Source: Octopus sinensis
Taxonomy: Eukaryota
Assembly (NCBI RefSeq): GCF_006345805.1
Contig: NC_043013.1
Coordinates: 31,558,001 to 31,622,000, forward strand
DNA length: 64,000 nucleotides
Reading direction: 5' to 3'
Shown here: positions 12,573 to 25,368 of the stretch, piece after piece
Numbering within the stretch: the first letter of the stretch is position 1
How the letters are laid out: each line of letters starts with the position of its first letter
Notes under the pieces: generated by a model
What the model saw: the letters and a program-made list of their open reading frames with translations, nothing else
Told to the model about the DNA's origin: nothing
Databases searched by the model: none
Program-made: the position numbers and the translations under genes

Positions 12573-13019
12573 TATTGTGGAGTACTAAGCACAAGTCATA
12601 TATGCAAATGCCTATTTACAATCCAATGATCTTGTCAGTATTCTCTTTCGAAATTTCACTTAAGATGATAGTCAAATATTCCTGACGTCACACACAGCCG
12701 TCTCCACAATTCATGGAGACACAAAGATAAGCGTTAGAAATAGCAATTTTGTAAAGGATGTGACACATGAGACACCTTCGATCATATCGGTTACATCATG
12801 CTAATCTTGGTACTGAACAACGAGGAAAATAACAGAGGGAATAACATCTCACATTCAAAACAATGTAATGATATCCTTTCTTAGATCCAAAATATGATCT
12901 CGTTGCCAATATCACTTACAGTATCACAAGACCAGGCATGAATCAGTAGATCTAGGATCAATAATATTATGTTTATAGCCGTACCAAATCTTTTTCAGAA
13001 TCGTATGCATGTATGTATG

Positions 13020-13020
13020 C

Positions 13021-13092
<72 letters not shown>

Positions 13093-13571
13093 CATACCAG
13101 AGGTTGTATTATCTAATGCATTATTATGTATTTTCTAAGCAGTGTGATTTCAGGCTGATTTGGATGCTAGCTCATGCAGTCGAACGATAGCATAGAGACT
13201 CCAACGTCATGTAATAAAAAGTAATTACATTATTTGAGTACTAAAACTGTTCGAAATTTATGACTTTCTAGCTTCAGATCAGTTGTTGAACGAAGCTCGC
13301 AAAATGAGATAAAATATTGGTTTCCTCTTGAGACAATTGAACTATATTTTACAAGTTGAGATAATGGGATATTGTAAAATCCATCCTTTTCCAATGGACA
13401 TTTACTTATTTATATTATATCACAATCTATGAACGATAGTGAATCACAATAAACTCCCACCCACATGCGTGATCACACGTCCACACGCGTGACTTCATTC
13501 TGTCCCAAACATATACACGTAGATACGTGCAGTGTTCACACCCATTCATCCATATGATATATATATATATA

Positions 13572-13626
<55 letters not shown>

Positions 13627-13661
13627 CATATATATGTATGTATATATATATACATATATAC

Positions 13662-13694
<33 letters not shown>

Positions 13695-13853
13695 AATTAT
13701 ATATATATATATATGTATGTATATATGCACATTTACATACACATACACACATATATATATGAATAAACTACCTCTCTCTATATATATACTTATACACAAC
13801 TATATAATATATAAAAGTATAATAAATGTATATAATGTACAGTATCTAATATA

Positions 13854-13895
<42 letters not shown>

Positions 13896-14189
13896 GCATA
13901 TGTACATACATGCATATATATATTACAACTGGATTGTATTTCCATGCATAAGAATCAAATCTGAAAAATTTATTAATACAAATGGAGGATATTTGTAGAA
14001 TTAAGTAATAAATTGCGAATATAGTTTAGAGTGTGAGTCTGTATTAATGTACTTCCGTCAGCGCGTGCGCACATGCGCACATACACACAAACCCGCTCGC
14101 ATATTTATATATACATATATATATGTAATATATATGGACGTCTGTGTGTGTGTGTATCTGTGTGTCTACGTACAAACATGAATTTATAT

Positions 14190-14244
<55 letters not shown>

Positions 14245-14288
14245 ACATATATGTGTGTATGCATACACGCACACAGGCACACACACAG

Positions 14289-14346
<58 letters not shown>

Positions 14347-14350
14347 CATA
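13020..14350. repeat. Cluster of (TA)n/(TG)n/(CA)n microsatellites
   Basis: Direct reading of several arrays separated by short unique stretches. Confidence 0.9.
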
Positions 14351-15204
14351 TATAAGAGCACACATACACACATAGGCACACCAACATAATCTGTTTTTCT
14401 GTAGTCAGACAATGGAACTTTTGTTGCAACGTTTTTCTCTTGTCGGATAAATGACAAGTAACTAAAGTTTATTCAATCTTTATAAATATTCGGTATGTTA
14501 ACATCAGGTAATGTATAAACAGTGTATATCCACCTAATATCCAAGCTATTCATTTTTTTTGTTTTTGGAACACTGACTACAATGTTTTCCCATAAATAAT
14601 AATTCATAGATATTAGTACAAGTCTCGATGTATGAGAGACGACTTATTTATATTTATTTAACCGTTTGACTTCGATAAGGCTTCAGCCGTTTCAACTTCA
14701 TCAAGTAGTGTTAAATTTCATGTAATATTAAATGATATAGTGTTAAGTTTGGAATAATTAATTCTGTATGAAGACAGGATCTAAGAAGCTATGAAGAAAA
14801 GAGGAGGCTCGAGGTTCTTCTTTTGCAGACTCGTCTTTCGATCTAGAGAGATATCACGAACCTCGGTGATATCACGAATCTCTAGTGCTATAATCTTTTT
14901 CTTATCTTGTTCACTCAAATTTAGAGACACACATACTTATATATACTTGCATACATATGTATATACATATACACATACACATACCCACATATACATATAT
15001 GTATGCGTGTGTGTTTGTGCGTATGTATATGTATGAATGTATATATACATATATTTTTTATTTGGGGGGTTAACCAGGCTACTGATGGTTTTATGAGAAA
15101 ATGTCAAAACAATCATCAAGCCTGCCACATACGGACGCTGGCACTCGTCTTCATTCGTAGCCTACATATATACATACATACATATATGCTTGCATGCATT
15201 CAAA

Positions 15205-15842
15205 AGAGGTGGTGTCAAAAAGTTCCCAGAATGGTTCTGTAGCGCGCCAACAGACAGCAGTGAGACCTCCATGAGCTAGTGTGCCGAGCGACATTGCTGT
15301 TTACTTCGCAAGTTGTGAAATGTGTGTGTTTTTGTGATCATGTGTATGCTGTAGTAAGCAAGGGACAGGAAGTTAGAACAAAGAACCAGCGTGAAATTTT
15401 GCGTTATATTTGGGAAGTCGGAGGCATTGAGCATGCTTCAGTAAGATTACGGCGACGAGGTAATGGGTCGCACGCAATGTTTCATGTGTCATCGGCGCTT
15501 CAAAAGCAGAAGAATATTCCTTGAAGATGATACACAATCTTGAAGACCAGCCATGAGCATCACTCTCGGAAATGTGGTATTAGGCATCGATAATCCCCCC
15601 CCCAGGTCCAGAACGTCGATCGTTTTGAAGCGTTTGAGGGAGAAACTTTGCGAAATTAAGATATGTGGAGCGCAAAGTATTGGTTTCTTCCCGACGACAA
15701 TGTACCCTGTCATCGAGCTCTCTTCACTTGTGAGTTTCTCGCCAAAAACAACATCTTATCGCTCCGCCCACGCTATATTCGCCAGGTTTAGCACCTTCAG
15801 TCTTCTATCTCTTCTCCGAGATGAAAATGGTGCTCAAAAGTT
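15205..15842 (+). mobile_element. Mariner fragment with left TIR and internally deleted transposase
   Basis: gaggtggtgtcaaaaagttccc TIR-like start; EQRTSVKFCVIFGKS, YGDEVMGRTQCF..HRRFKS...LEDD..S*RP; then jumps to HRALFTCEFLAKNN...YSPGLAP..FYLF.EMK..LK. Confidence 0.85.
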
Positions 15843-16067
15843 TTCTGGGCTCGGTAAAATAAATACCAGATGAGAACTGGAGTCGATGTAATCTTCTTAA
15901 CTTCCTTCTCCTAGGAATAAATATAAAAACTGCATCCAGGCCACGATGATCTCAAACTCAACTTTAAGGTCTCCACAACGTACCGAAGTTTGTGGAGATA
16001 ATATGCTGCAGCCCTCGTCAGTGGACTGAACATGGGCAAACCCATCCAATACACACACACACATGCT

Positions 16068-16134
<67 letters not shown>

Positions 16135-16361
16135 AGCATGTGTGTGTGTGTGTATTGGATTGGATTATATATATATATATATATATAATAAATATTAGGG
16201 AATAAATCCAAATTTACAGGGAAAAAATCAGATTTAGGATTAAATCGATTTTATAGTAAAATATTATAAAATATTATTCGAGACAAAACCACTATTTTGC
16301 AAAACAAACAAGGAAAGACTTAATTAATACATAAAATTTTAATAAATAGTCAAAAAAACCA

Positions 16362-16404
16362 CCACTACAATCGTTTCTTGTCTTGATCGACAATCTTCAG
16401 GTGG
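16362..16404 (-). ncRNA. Type I hammerhead ribozyme, canonical core
   Basis: Minus strand: ccac CTGAAGA ttgtc-gatcaa-gacaa GAA AC-gatt-GT A gtgg. Confidence 0.8.
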
Positions 16405-16609
16405 ACTTCCAATAATTCAGTGTCAATTTTTTTTTTTTTGGTTTCCCTGCTGTGATGCCATTGGAAGCAGTCTTTGTTTAAAATTGCCCATTGGCCAGTG
16501 TTTCGTTTCTGCTGTAATGTCATTGGTTAGTGTTATTTCTTGCTGAGTTCTCTCCCATCGGTGAACCCTGGCTTGAAATGTTGTTGGCTAGTGTTTCGTT
16601 ATTGGAAGT

Positions 16610-16652
16610 CCACCTGAAGATTGTCGATCAAGACAAGAAACGATTGTAGTGG
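16610..16652 (+). ncRNA. Type I hammerhead ribozyme, canonical core
   Basis: ccac CTGAAGA ttgtc-gatcaa-gacaa GAA AC-gatt-GT A gtgg. Stem I is 4 bp Watson-Crick, stem II 5 bp, stem III 2 bp; GUA cleavage triplet predicts a cut after 16648. Confidence 0.8.
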
Positions 16653-16739
16653 CGGTTTTTTTGACTATTTATTAAAATTTTATGTATTAATTAAGTCTTT
16701 CCTTGTTTGTTTTGCAAAATAGTGGTTTTGTCTCGAATA

Positions 16740-16794
<55 letters not shown>

Positions 16795-17725
16795 AAGAGA
16801 GATACTAACCGATACACTTGTACATGTGAAATTATCCGCAAATATATTAATCAGCCTGATATTATAGAAGAATTCAGTTGCCTTAAATACTCTGCATTGC
16901 TATATGGAGCAGAATTGGGTAATTGAGATGAGATCATTTTATTGACATAGTTACTTCTGGGAATCAAATATTATTGGAAAGAGCGCATGCTTCAGATCAT
17001 TCTTACAGATTATTTAAAGCACATGCCTATGTTTTTAGAAATTATTTCTACTGACAGTTTTGGCTTTCCTTTTGTCATTATAAACCCATGCGTTAATACA
17101 AACTTTCTGTTTGCATACTTAAAATTGGTGCCTTGAATGCTTCAGCGTCTTGAAAAATATTTTCTAGTTTAAAACAAAACGAAAAAGAATCGAGAGTATT
17201 AGGCATGCAATTCGCAATCCATTCAGATTTAAATGATAAGAAATGCCTGCAGAGGAAAAGCAGTATATAATTTATCAATGAAATTGGTTTATTTCTTCAT
17301 CCAAATTCACACACAAAACAACATTTACGCTGCTGTGCATAGTGAAAATGCAGTGACTATATTATTTTGAACTAAGCATTTACTTACCGGTAGAAATGAA
17401 GTATTTTTTTTTCTTTCTCAGTGTCCTTGTTTAATACAATGAAATGAAATATTAACTCACTCTACGAACATGACAAATAAATCTAGTGGAATTTCTATTC
17501 ACATCCCACGTGGATAGAGTTTAATGGACCATGAAATTACTGTTGAGCTGTTATGAACTAAGAGATAAATATAGCCGGAGCTTTATAATGTACATTAAAT
17601 ACAAAATAAAACTCATAAATATCCTAGAAATCTGAATATGTTTTCATTGCTTCCGTTATACAGTCTGAATTAAGGTATGAGAATTATACATACAAAAGTA
17701 GAATACTTTAACTTACAATGAATAT

Positions 17726-17940
17726 TCTTTTCTCGTCTAGACACAAGGACCAAATTTTGGAGGAGGGGGCCAGTTAATTAGATCAACACCAGAATGCAAC
17801 TGGCATTTAATTTATCGAATCCAAAAGGATGAAAGGCAAAGTTGTCCTCGGCGGAATTTGAACTCAGAACGCAAAGACAGACGAAATAGCGCTAAGCACT
17901 ACGCCGGGGGGTGTTAACGTTTCTGCCAGTTCACCGCCTT
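17726..17940 (-). mobile_element. SINE family A
   Basis: Reverse complement aaggcggtgaactggcagaaacgttaac...gttctgagttcaaattccgccgaggacaactttgcctttcatcc. Confidence 0.85.
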
Positions 17941-18079
17941 TCATTCTATGAATATTTAAAACCTAGTGGAAATATTATTATGCAGCATAAAGGATGTATG
18001 TATGGACATATGTATGAATTATGGATTATGTATGCATGAGTGTATACATGTGTGTATGAATGCATGTATACATACATGA

Positions 18080-18119
<40 letters not shown>

Positions 18120-18329
18120 TTCTGGTTAAGTAAGGAGATCAATTAACAACTGCGTGATTTTGCGTTCGCACCAATTGCACCGGCGTTATCTGAAAGTGTC
18201 TGTTGACAGGTACTTTAGATCAATATCTTGATTTAAACCTGTGAGAGGAAAACGCAAACAGTCCATATACATACACACGCAAATGCAAATATAACACAGA
18301 CACACAAACGCAGACACGCAATAATAAAG

Positions 18330-18368
<39 letters not shown>

Positions 18369-18479
18369 ATATATATGTTTTTTTATGCATCTATGTATGT
18401 ATCTATGTGTATGTTTGTATACGTATGTATGTATATATATATATATATACATACATACATACATACATACATACATACA

Positions 18480-18509
<30 letters not shown>

Positions 18510-18510
<1 letters not shown>

Positions 18511-18832
18511 GCGTAAGCGTAGTTGTGTGGTAAGAAACTTGCTACCGAACTACATGGTCCTGGGTTCAGTGCCACTGCCTGGCAATTTGAGCAGGCGTTT
18601 TCTAGCATAGGCTCGGGCCGACCAAAGCCTTGCGAGTGGATTTGGTAGACGGAAACTGAAAGAAGACCGTCGTATATATGTATGTGCATATTTGCCTCTA
18701 TGTGTGTGTGTGCACGCGCCTTTGTGCATGTGTTTGTCCCCACTATGACCGCTTGACTACTGACGTGCCTCTGTTTACGTCCCCGAGATTTATCAGTTTC
18801 AGATGACTGAAACAAGTAAAAGAATAAAAGAA
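18510..18832 (+). mobile_element. SINE family B (tRNA-like head, internal microsatellite, shortened 3' half)
   Basis: tgtgtggtaag..cctgggttcagtgccactgc..gggccgaccaaagccttg.gagtggatttggtagacggaaactgaaagaag.ccgtcg(TA/TG)n...gatgactgaaacaagtaaaag. Confidence 0.85.
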
Positions 18833-19136
18833 TATATATATATATATATGTATATGTGTGTGTGTGTGTTGTGTGTGTGTGTGTGTGGTGTGTGTGTGTA
18901 GGAAAGTCTGTGGTTGAAAATTTGAAAATGCACCAGAATATAGAAAACTTGCACTTGTTGGATAAACAAAAAATATTGTTGAAACTAGTTTGGTAAGTGT
19001 GTAAATATATTTGTTTAGAAACAATTACAAGTTTTACAGACTCAGGTGCGTTTTCAACAATAAATTTTCCTATATGTTTTTCCTGCCTGAAAATACACTG
19101 CGTCTTTTGTTATATATATATATATATATATATATA

Positions 19137-19435
19137 CTAGCAGTATCGCCCGGCGTTGCTCGGGTTTGTAAGGGAAATAACTATACAAGCATTTTTAGAG
19201 AGTTACTTCCCTTATATAATAGCGAAAACAATGCATTAAAATGGAAAAAAAATTATGGTAATTTTTTTTTTAAATCGTAGACTCATCGTAGACGCATGCT
19301 AATACCCAGAAGGGCTCGATATAAATCACGACTATAAGATACCGGTTTTGGTTAAACTGCACCGCAAAAGGTGGGAGTAGTTAGGAATCTAAATCGTAGG
19401 AGACAGACACACAACTTCTCTTTTATATATAAAGA
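19137..19435 (-). mobile_element. Non-autonomous Helitron (299 bp)
   Basis: Minus strand 5'-TC...CCCGAGCAACGCCGGG hairpin, 8 nt, CTAG-3', inserted between A and T; second copy at 49415. Confidence 0.85.
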
Positions 19436-19508
19436 TATATATATATATCAGTGTGTGTATGTATGTGTATGTGTATGTATATATATATACACACACACAC
19501 ACACACAT

Positions 19509-19541
<33 letters not shown>

Positions 19542-20292
19542 AATAAGTGTTGGAAAATGGGTAGGTGAGTTTTCACTAGAAGTTATATAAGTTTTAGTCA
19601 TTGAATATATGTACAGTTCCCCTCTCTTCAGGTACTGGTTACAAAATATCGTTTTCAAAAAGAAGTAGGGTGGTCCGACATCAGCAAAAAATTTGATGGA
19701 GGCAACGAAGTGACCACTTATACGGTTATAAAATGAACCCTCTTTGAGAGCCCTTTAGAAACTCCTGGGCAGGTGGAGCTCTCCAGCTTTGTAACACAAT
19801 TCACTTAGCAAAAGGCCACTCCATTATCACACTCGCAATTTACGGTTCCCTGCAATTGTCTCAGTCCTCTGAACCACTGAGGTCAGAGATTTAAGTCTAA
19901 AGTGTGGTATCAGACTGCGTGGATGATACTTGAATTAAAACTACTAAGCGCAGACAAGGAGAGGGACAATGCAATGCTAAGGATTTTTCGACACGAAGAA
20001 ACTGTCATCATCATGAATGTAGAATAGAGAAAATGAATGGGGGGAATATTCTTTGATTACGATGGATTTCGTATTAGTAACATAGTGATAGAAAGCAATA
20101 CAAAAGAGAGACTGTAGAGTAGGACAGTTCAAAGTTTTGAGCTGATACCAAAACCATTCATGTTTTTGATATTTAAGTTCACATTGACAGCAACTGTAGT
20201 ATTGTGTATTTCATCTTCTATATTTCAATTAATAGAACAAGTAGAACGATAGTTTTTTTCAACGCGTAAATATTGAACAGAATATATAAAAA

Positions 20293-20356
20293 ATAAAATC
20301 CTTTTAGGAGCAGAAAAATTTGCCGGCAAATTTTTCTGCTCTTAAAAGGATTTTAT
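20293..20356. repeat. 64-bp spacer-less palindrome, one mismatch
   Basis: ataaaatccttttaggagcagaaaaatttgcc|ggcaaatttttctgctcttaaaaggattttat. Confidence 0.95.
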
Positions 20357-20367
20357 CCTTCATATAT

Positions 20368-20611
20368 ACTCTTTTACTTGTTTCAGACATTTCACTGTAG
20401 CCATGCTGGAGCACCGCTTTTAGTCGAGCAAATCGAATCCATGACTTATTCCTTGTAAACCTAGTACTTAATCTATCGGTCTCTTTTGCTGAAGCGCTAA
20501 GTTACGGGGACATAAACTCAACAGCATCGCTTGTCAAGCGATGTTGGGAGGGACAAACACAGACATACAAACACACACACACACACATATATATATATAT
20601 GTATATATATG

Positions 20612-20645
<34 letters not shown>

Positions 20646-20668
20646 ATGTGTATATATATATATATATA

Positions 20669-20705
<37 letters not shown>

Positions 20706-20858
20706 TACGACTGGCTTCTTTCAGTTTCTGTCTACCAAATCCACTCACAAGGCTTTGGTCGGCCCGAGGCTATAGTAGAAGACAATTACCCAAGATGCCA
20801 CGCAGTGGGACTGAACCCGGAACCGTATGGTTGGTAAGCAAGCCACTCCTACCCCTAT
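20368..20858 (-). mobile_element. SINE family B, full length
   Basis: Reverse complement of the 36015 copy, including the internal (TA)n/(CA)n tract. Confidence 0.88.
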
Positions 20859-21347
20859 ACTGTTCTACATTTCAACTCTTCAAAAAAAAGAAACAGACTC
20901 ATGTTTGTTTAAATATGACGTAATTGCAATTAATGTTATATCGTGCATATTTTAATTTATTATATCCTAAAATTTAATGTTTGTTTAGCGTATTGCTATC
21001 TGATTTCAACCGACGACATCGAAACTACACACGTCCTGATATCAGAAACAGTACTTTTTCTCGGTTTCTGTATTTTAGTTCCGTTCCATTGTGTTCATAA
21101 ACAAACTCTGGCAGTGCCTGAAAAATGCAAATAGTGCATTTGCATGGCGCCAATTAAGAACTTTTTGCTTATGTTAACCTTTTTTATTTACACTTAAAAT
21201 AAATACCTGGCTAATGGAGGTTCCTAAGTTTTAGTATGAAATGCTAGTACCTAAAATATGCACACACACACACACATGTGAGTGTATGTGTGTATACATG
21301 TATATATATAAACACTCATACATGTACACATATATACATACACATAG

Positions 21348-21395
<48 letters not shown>

Positions 21396-22134
21396 GAATG
21401 TATGTATGTATATATATTGTGTGTGTGTGGTGGTTGCAACTCGACTTCCCTAAAACTTGGGGTGCAAAAATGAAAATGATTAGTTCTGTTGCAGATTTAC
21501 ACTATTTCATACAGACAGTATCCGAACCTCCGTTTGGATATTTTCAAAGTACGGAAAATCCTTCGTAAATTATTCAGTGACTATATGTACCAGCTAGTGT
21601 GCAAATTGTTTGGGATCAAATATCAAAAAAGCAAACGAATACTAAATGCCTTCGTAAATTACACACCATAGGATTTTGGATCATAAGAATGTGAAACCGT
21701 TGTTTCTAAATTGTACTTTTAATTATCGATACTCTCATCAACACTTTAATTACTCGATAATGGCTGAGAAGGGGTAAATATGACCGGACTAATAACATGA
21801 TAGCTTGTTTAATATTTGTATTTCTTCATTGCATAATTATTTGTAATTAGTTTGTAAATAACTTTTGCATTAATAATATTAACACTAATAGTCAGATCGA
21901 GATATTAAGTTGGTTTGTGGGTGTGGCTAAATCGGAGAGATTGAATTTTATTAAACAAATCAAGAACCGAAGAGAGATCAATGACTGCAAAGCGCTGGGT
22001 ATCATTTCACTGCTAAAATTTGAATCAATAAAGAGGTGAGCTTGCATCAGCTATATTACGCCTGCAGCAACATCCAGTTTCGTCATAGAAATGTTTATTA
22101 TCATGAATCGTCATCCTTTTCGTAGTCGTCGTTG

Positions 22135-22244
22135 TCATCATGATCATGATCATCATCATCATCATCATCATCGTCATCATCATCATCATCATCGTAATTA
22201 TCATCAACATCATCATTACCATCTTCATCGACGACGTCGTCGTT

Positions 22245-22277
<33 letters not shown>

Positions 22278-22278
22278 G

Positions 22279-22316
<38 letters not shown>

Positions 22317-22335
22317 GTCGTCGTCATCATCATTA
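22135..22335 (+). repeat. (CAT)n microsatellite
   Basis: Direct reading; accounts for poly-His/Met/Ile ORFs. Confidence 0.95.
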
Positions 22336-22744
22336 ATATATATATATCAGCATAATAAAATAAATGTACAAGAAGAACTGCTCCACTGTCTCTTAGAAAT
22401 TAAGGCAATATATTTTACCGAATATCAAATTATTTCTTTGAAAATGATATTTTGGAAGGAACCCTTTCTGAGAATTGCATATTTTCCGCATATCAAAAGT
22501 CTATTCACATGCATGTGTCAAATATGATGTACACATAAGCGTAATATGCCTGTATATATTGCACGAATGTATTAATAAAAGTGCTGATAGCCTAGAGCGA
22601 TAACAAATATTTCATTAACAAAAGAATATTAAACTGTATAACATCTAGAAGTGACATATCAAATCACAGATGGCATTCATATTTAAAAACCCAAGGATAT
22701 GTTTTCAAAGACCTAACGAAACATGTTACGTATAGGCCTATAGG

Positions 22745-22810
<66 letters not shown>

Positions 22811-22840
22811 TAGATAGATAGATAGATAGATGCCAAAATG

Positions 22841-22936
<96 letters not shown>

Positions 22937-22975
22937 TATATATAATATATATATATTATATATATATATATATAG
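22745..22975 (+). repeat. (GATA)n followed by (TA)n
   Basis: Direct reading. Confidence 0.95.
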
Positions 22976-23483
22976 CTATATATGTATGAATATATTTATA
23001 TATGTGTGTGTCTTTGTGTATGATAATCGCTACACGTAGATTCAGAGATGGGAAACTATACGGCCGAAAAATGCTGATGTAATTCGCTTCGCAAACACGA
23101 TTCCCGAGTTCCGATCACACCGCTTGCCAATTTTGATAACTGTTAACTTCAATATTCTTGGATCTACTCTTGTTTTGTGATAGAAATTTGATAGGCAGAA
23201 ATTGGTACTCTGCAGTTATCGTATATCAGTGAGAATTGGCAAGATGAATTATTAACTTGTGTTTACTTATAGAAAGCCAGTTAAATGTCAAAAACTGTTT
23301 CATACGTTCATTACTTAAGGTCTTGGAAAAAATAGCAAGTAGCTGGAACATAGAACCTGCAATGCATCTAGCATTTTCTTTCAAATTAAGCTGAATCATG
23401 TATGATGTCAATCGCAGTTTAAATAATATGTATTTATAGAGTTCCATCATACAGTTTCTGATATAAAAGAATGTAGTGTAGTG

Positions 23484-24173
23484 TATTATATTGTTCCTAG
23501 GATGTATCTGCTACGTTCGCGGTGAAGGCGCATGGTTCAGTGGTTAGAGTGACAGACTCACAGTCATGACGTAGTGAGTTCGGTTTCCGAACCGGGCAGT
23601 ATGTTGTGTCATATATTATTTCATGATACCATATTATATGTATTATATTATTTCACGATATTATATTATATGTATTATATTATTTCACGATATTATATTA
23701 TATGTATTATATTATTTCACGATATTATATTATATATATTATATTATTTCACGATATTATATTATATGTATTATATTATTTCACAATATTATATTATATG
23801 TATTATATTGTTCCTAGCATATATCTACTATGTTCATGGTGAAGGCGTATAGTTCAGTGGTTAGAGTGACGGGCTCACAGTCATGACGTAGTGAGTTCGG
23901 TTTCAGAACTGGGCTGTATGTTGTGTTATATATTATTTCACGATATATTATTTCACGTTGCTCCAGTTCACTCAGCTGTAGAAATGGTGTCAAACTGTAC
24001 TGGCATTTGCGTTTCTCTTTGATAACATCGATGGCGTGGAGAGGAAAGGCGGGTATGCATGGGCGACTGTTTGTCTTCCATAAACAGCCTTGCTAGGACT
24101 TATGCCTCACAGGAGAACTTTCTAGGCGCTATCCCATGGTCATTCCTGACCAAAGGGTGGCTTTACCCTTTTA
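23484..24173 (+). mobile_element. SINE family C with tandemly duplicated head (period 317 bp)
   Basis: tattatattgttcctag...ggtgaaggcg.at.gttcagtggttagagtgac...gtgagttcggtttc occurs at 23484 and 23801; only the second copy continues into the body (gttgctccagttcactcagctg...ctttaccctttta). Confidence 0.8.
23609..23808 (+). repeat. 32-bp minisatellite, ~6 copies
   Basis: Unit tattatattatttcacgatattatattatatg. Confidence 0.92.
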
Positions 24174-24900
24174 GGATATGCCTGCTTCATACTTTCCTCA
24201 CCACGGAACAATGACAGGTCAGTATGAACCCGATCGAATATGAATTCAGTAAAAAAGAAAAGGGAAAAAAATGTCCGCAGTATCTTAAAAGTAATAAATT
24301 AATACGCGATGTGTTAAAGAAGAAAAAAAACTATATTGTTAGATGATACGATTTTATTCATAACTCTGCAATCATCGCTGACGTAGGACTAAACTAAAAC
24401 AGTAACTACAAGAACAGTAAAACTTTACATGAAAGAAACAAAACACTACAAAATTTTGAGCTAACAACCCAATAAATGTTACATCAGCGTTATTAACCTA
24501 CGCGAAAAATTTTACATACAAACCTAAACACATGTGAACGTATATGTAAACAACCTTCTGTTTGTATTCATCTTTTATGCCGACGTTGTTGTTTTTTAAC
24601 TTTCTTAGCAATATTATCACTCGTACTTTTTATTAGCAAACATGTTATATTGAATTTTATGCTGATTAACTTTTGTCTTGTAAAAATTGCTTACGTTTGA
24701 ACGATTTAAGTTTGTATTGTTTGTAAACTCTAGTCTTTATTTCTTGATGAATTTTAATATTAATCTAAAAAAATGTTCGCATGTACATCTATATACATAT
24801 ATATATATATTATATATATATATATATATATAATATATATATATATGTACACACACATATGTATATGTATATACACACACACATATATATATACATGTAC

Positions 24901-24959
<59 letters not shown>

Positions 24960-25323
24960 GATATATATGATATATACATACATATGTACAAATCGACGTA
25001 TATATACATATAGATATATGTACATTATATGATAAACATGCGTCAATATATATATGCTTGTAGCTATCCATGACTGCAAGTGTTGATACGCGTATATGTA
25101 AATAAATTTAATGATTTTTTTTTAAATAAATATTTGTATGCGACTATTACGAGAAAATGTTGCTGTTTCATATAAGCCAGTCTGTCTCGGTATGATTGCT
25201 TAAAACACAAAATTTACATAAACAGCGTCATGTTATAAAATAAATATGCATTTAGGTAAACAATTTCATATAGATTGCATTTCTTTCTATTTTATTAATA
25301 GTTCTCCCAAGGGTATGTATTTT

Positions 25324-25368
<45 letters not shown>

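Larger units (their letters stand above)
16195..16749. mobile_element. Penelope-like pseudo-LTR with inverted partial copy, between (TA)n tracts
   Basis: Arms 16265-16415 and 16599-16749 are reverse complements (150/151 identical by manual comparison) around a 183-bp spacer; each arm holds an HHR. Confidence 0.75.

Noticed and set aside
23609-23808. Regular 32-bp direct repeats resembling a CRISPR array
   Set aside because: No unique spacers, eukaryotic context and no cas genes; it is a tandem minisatellite
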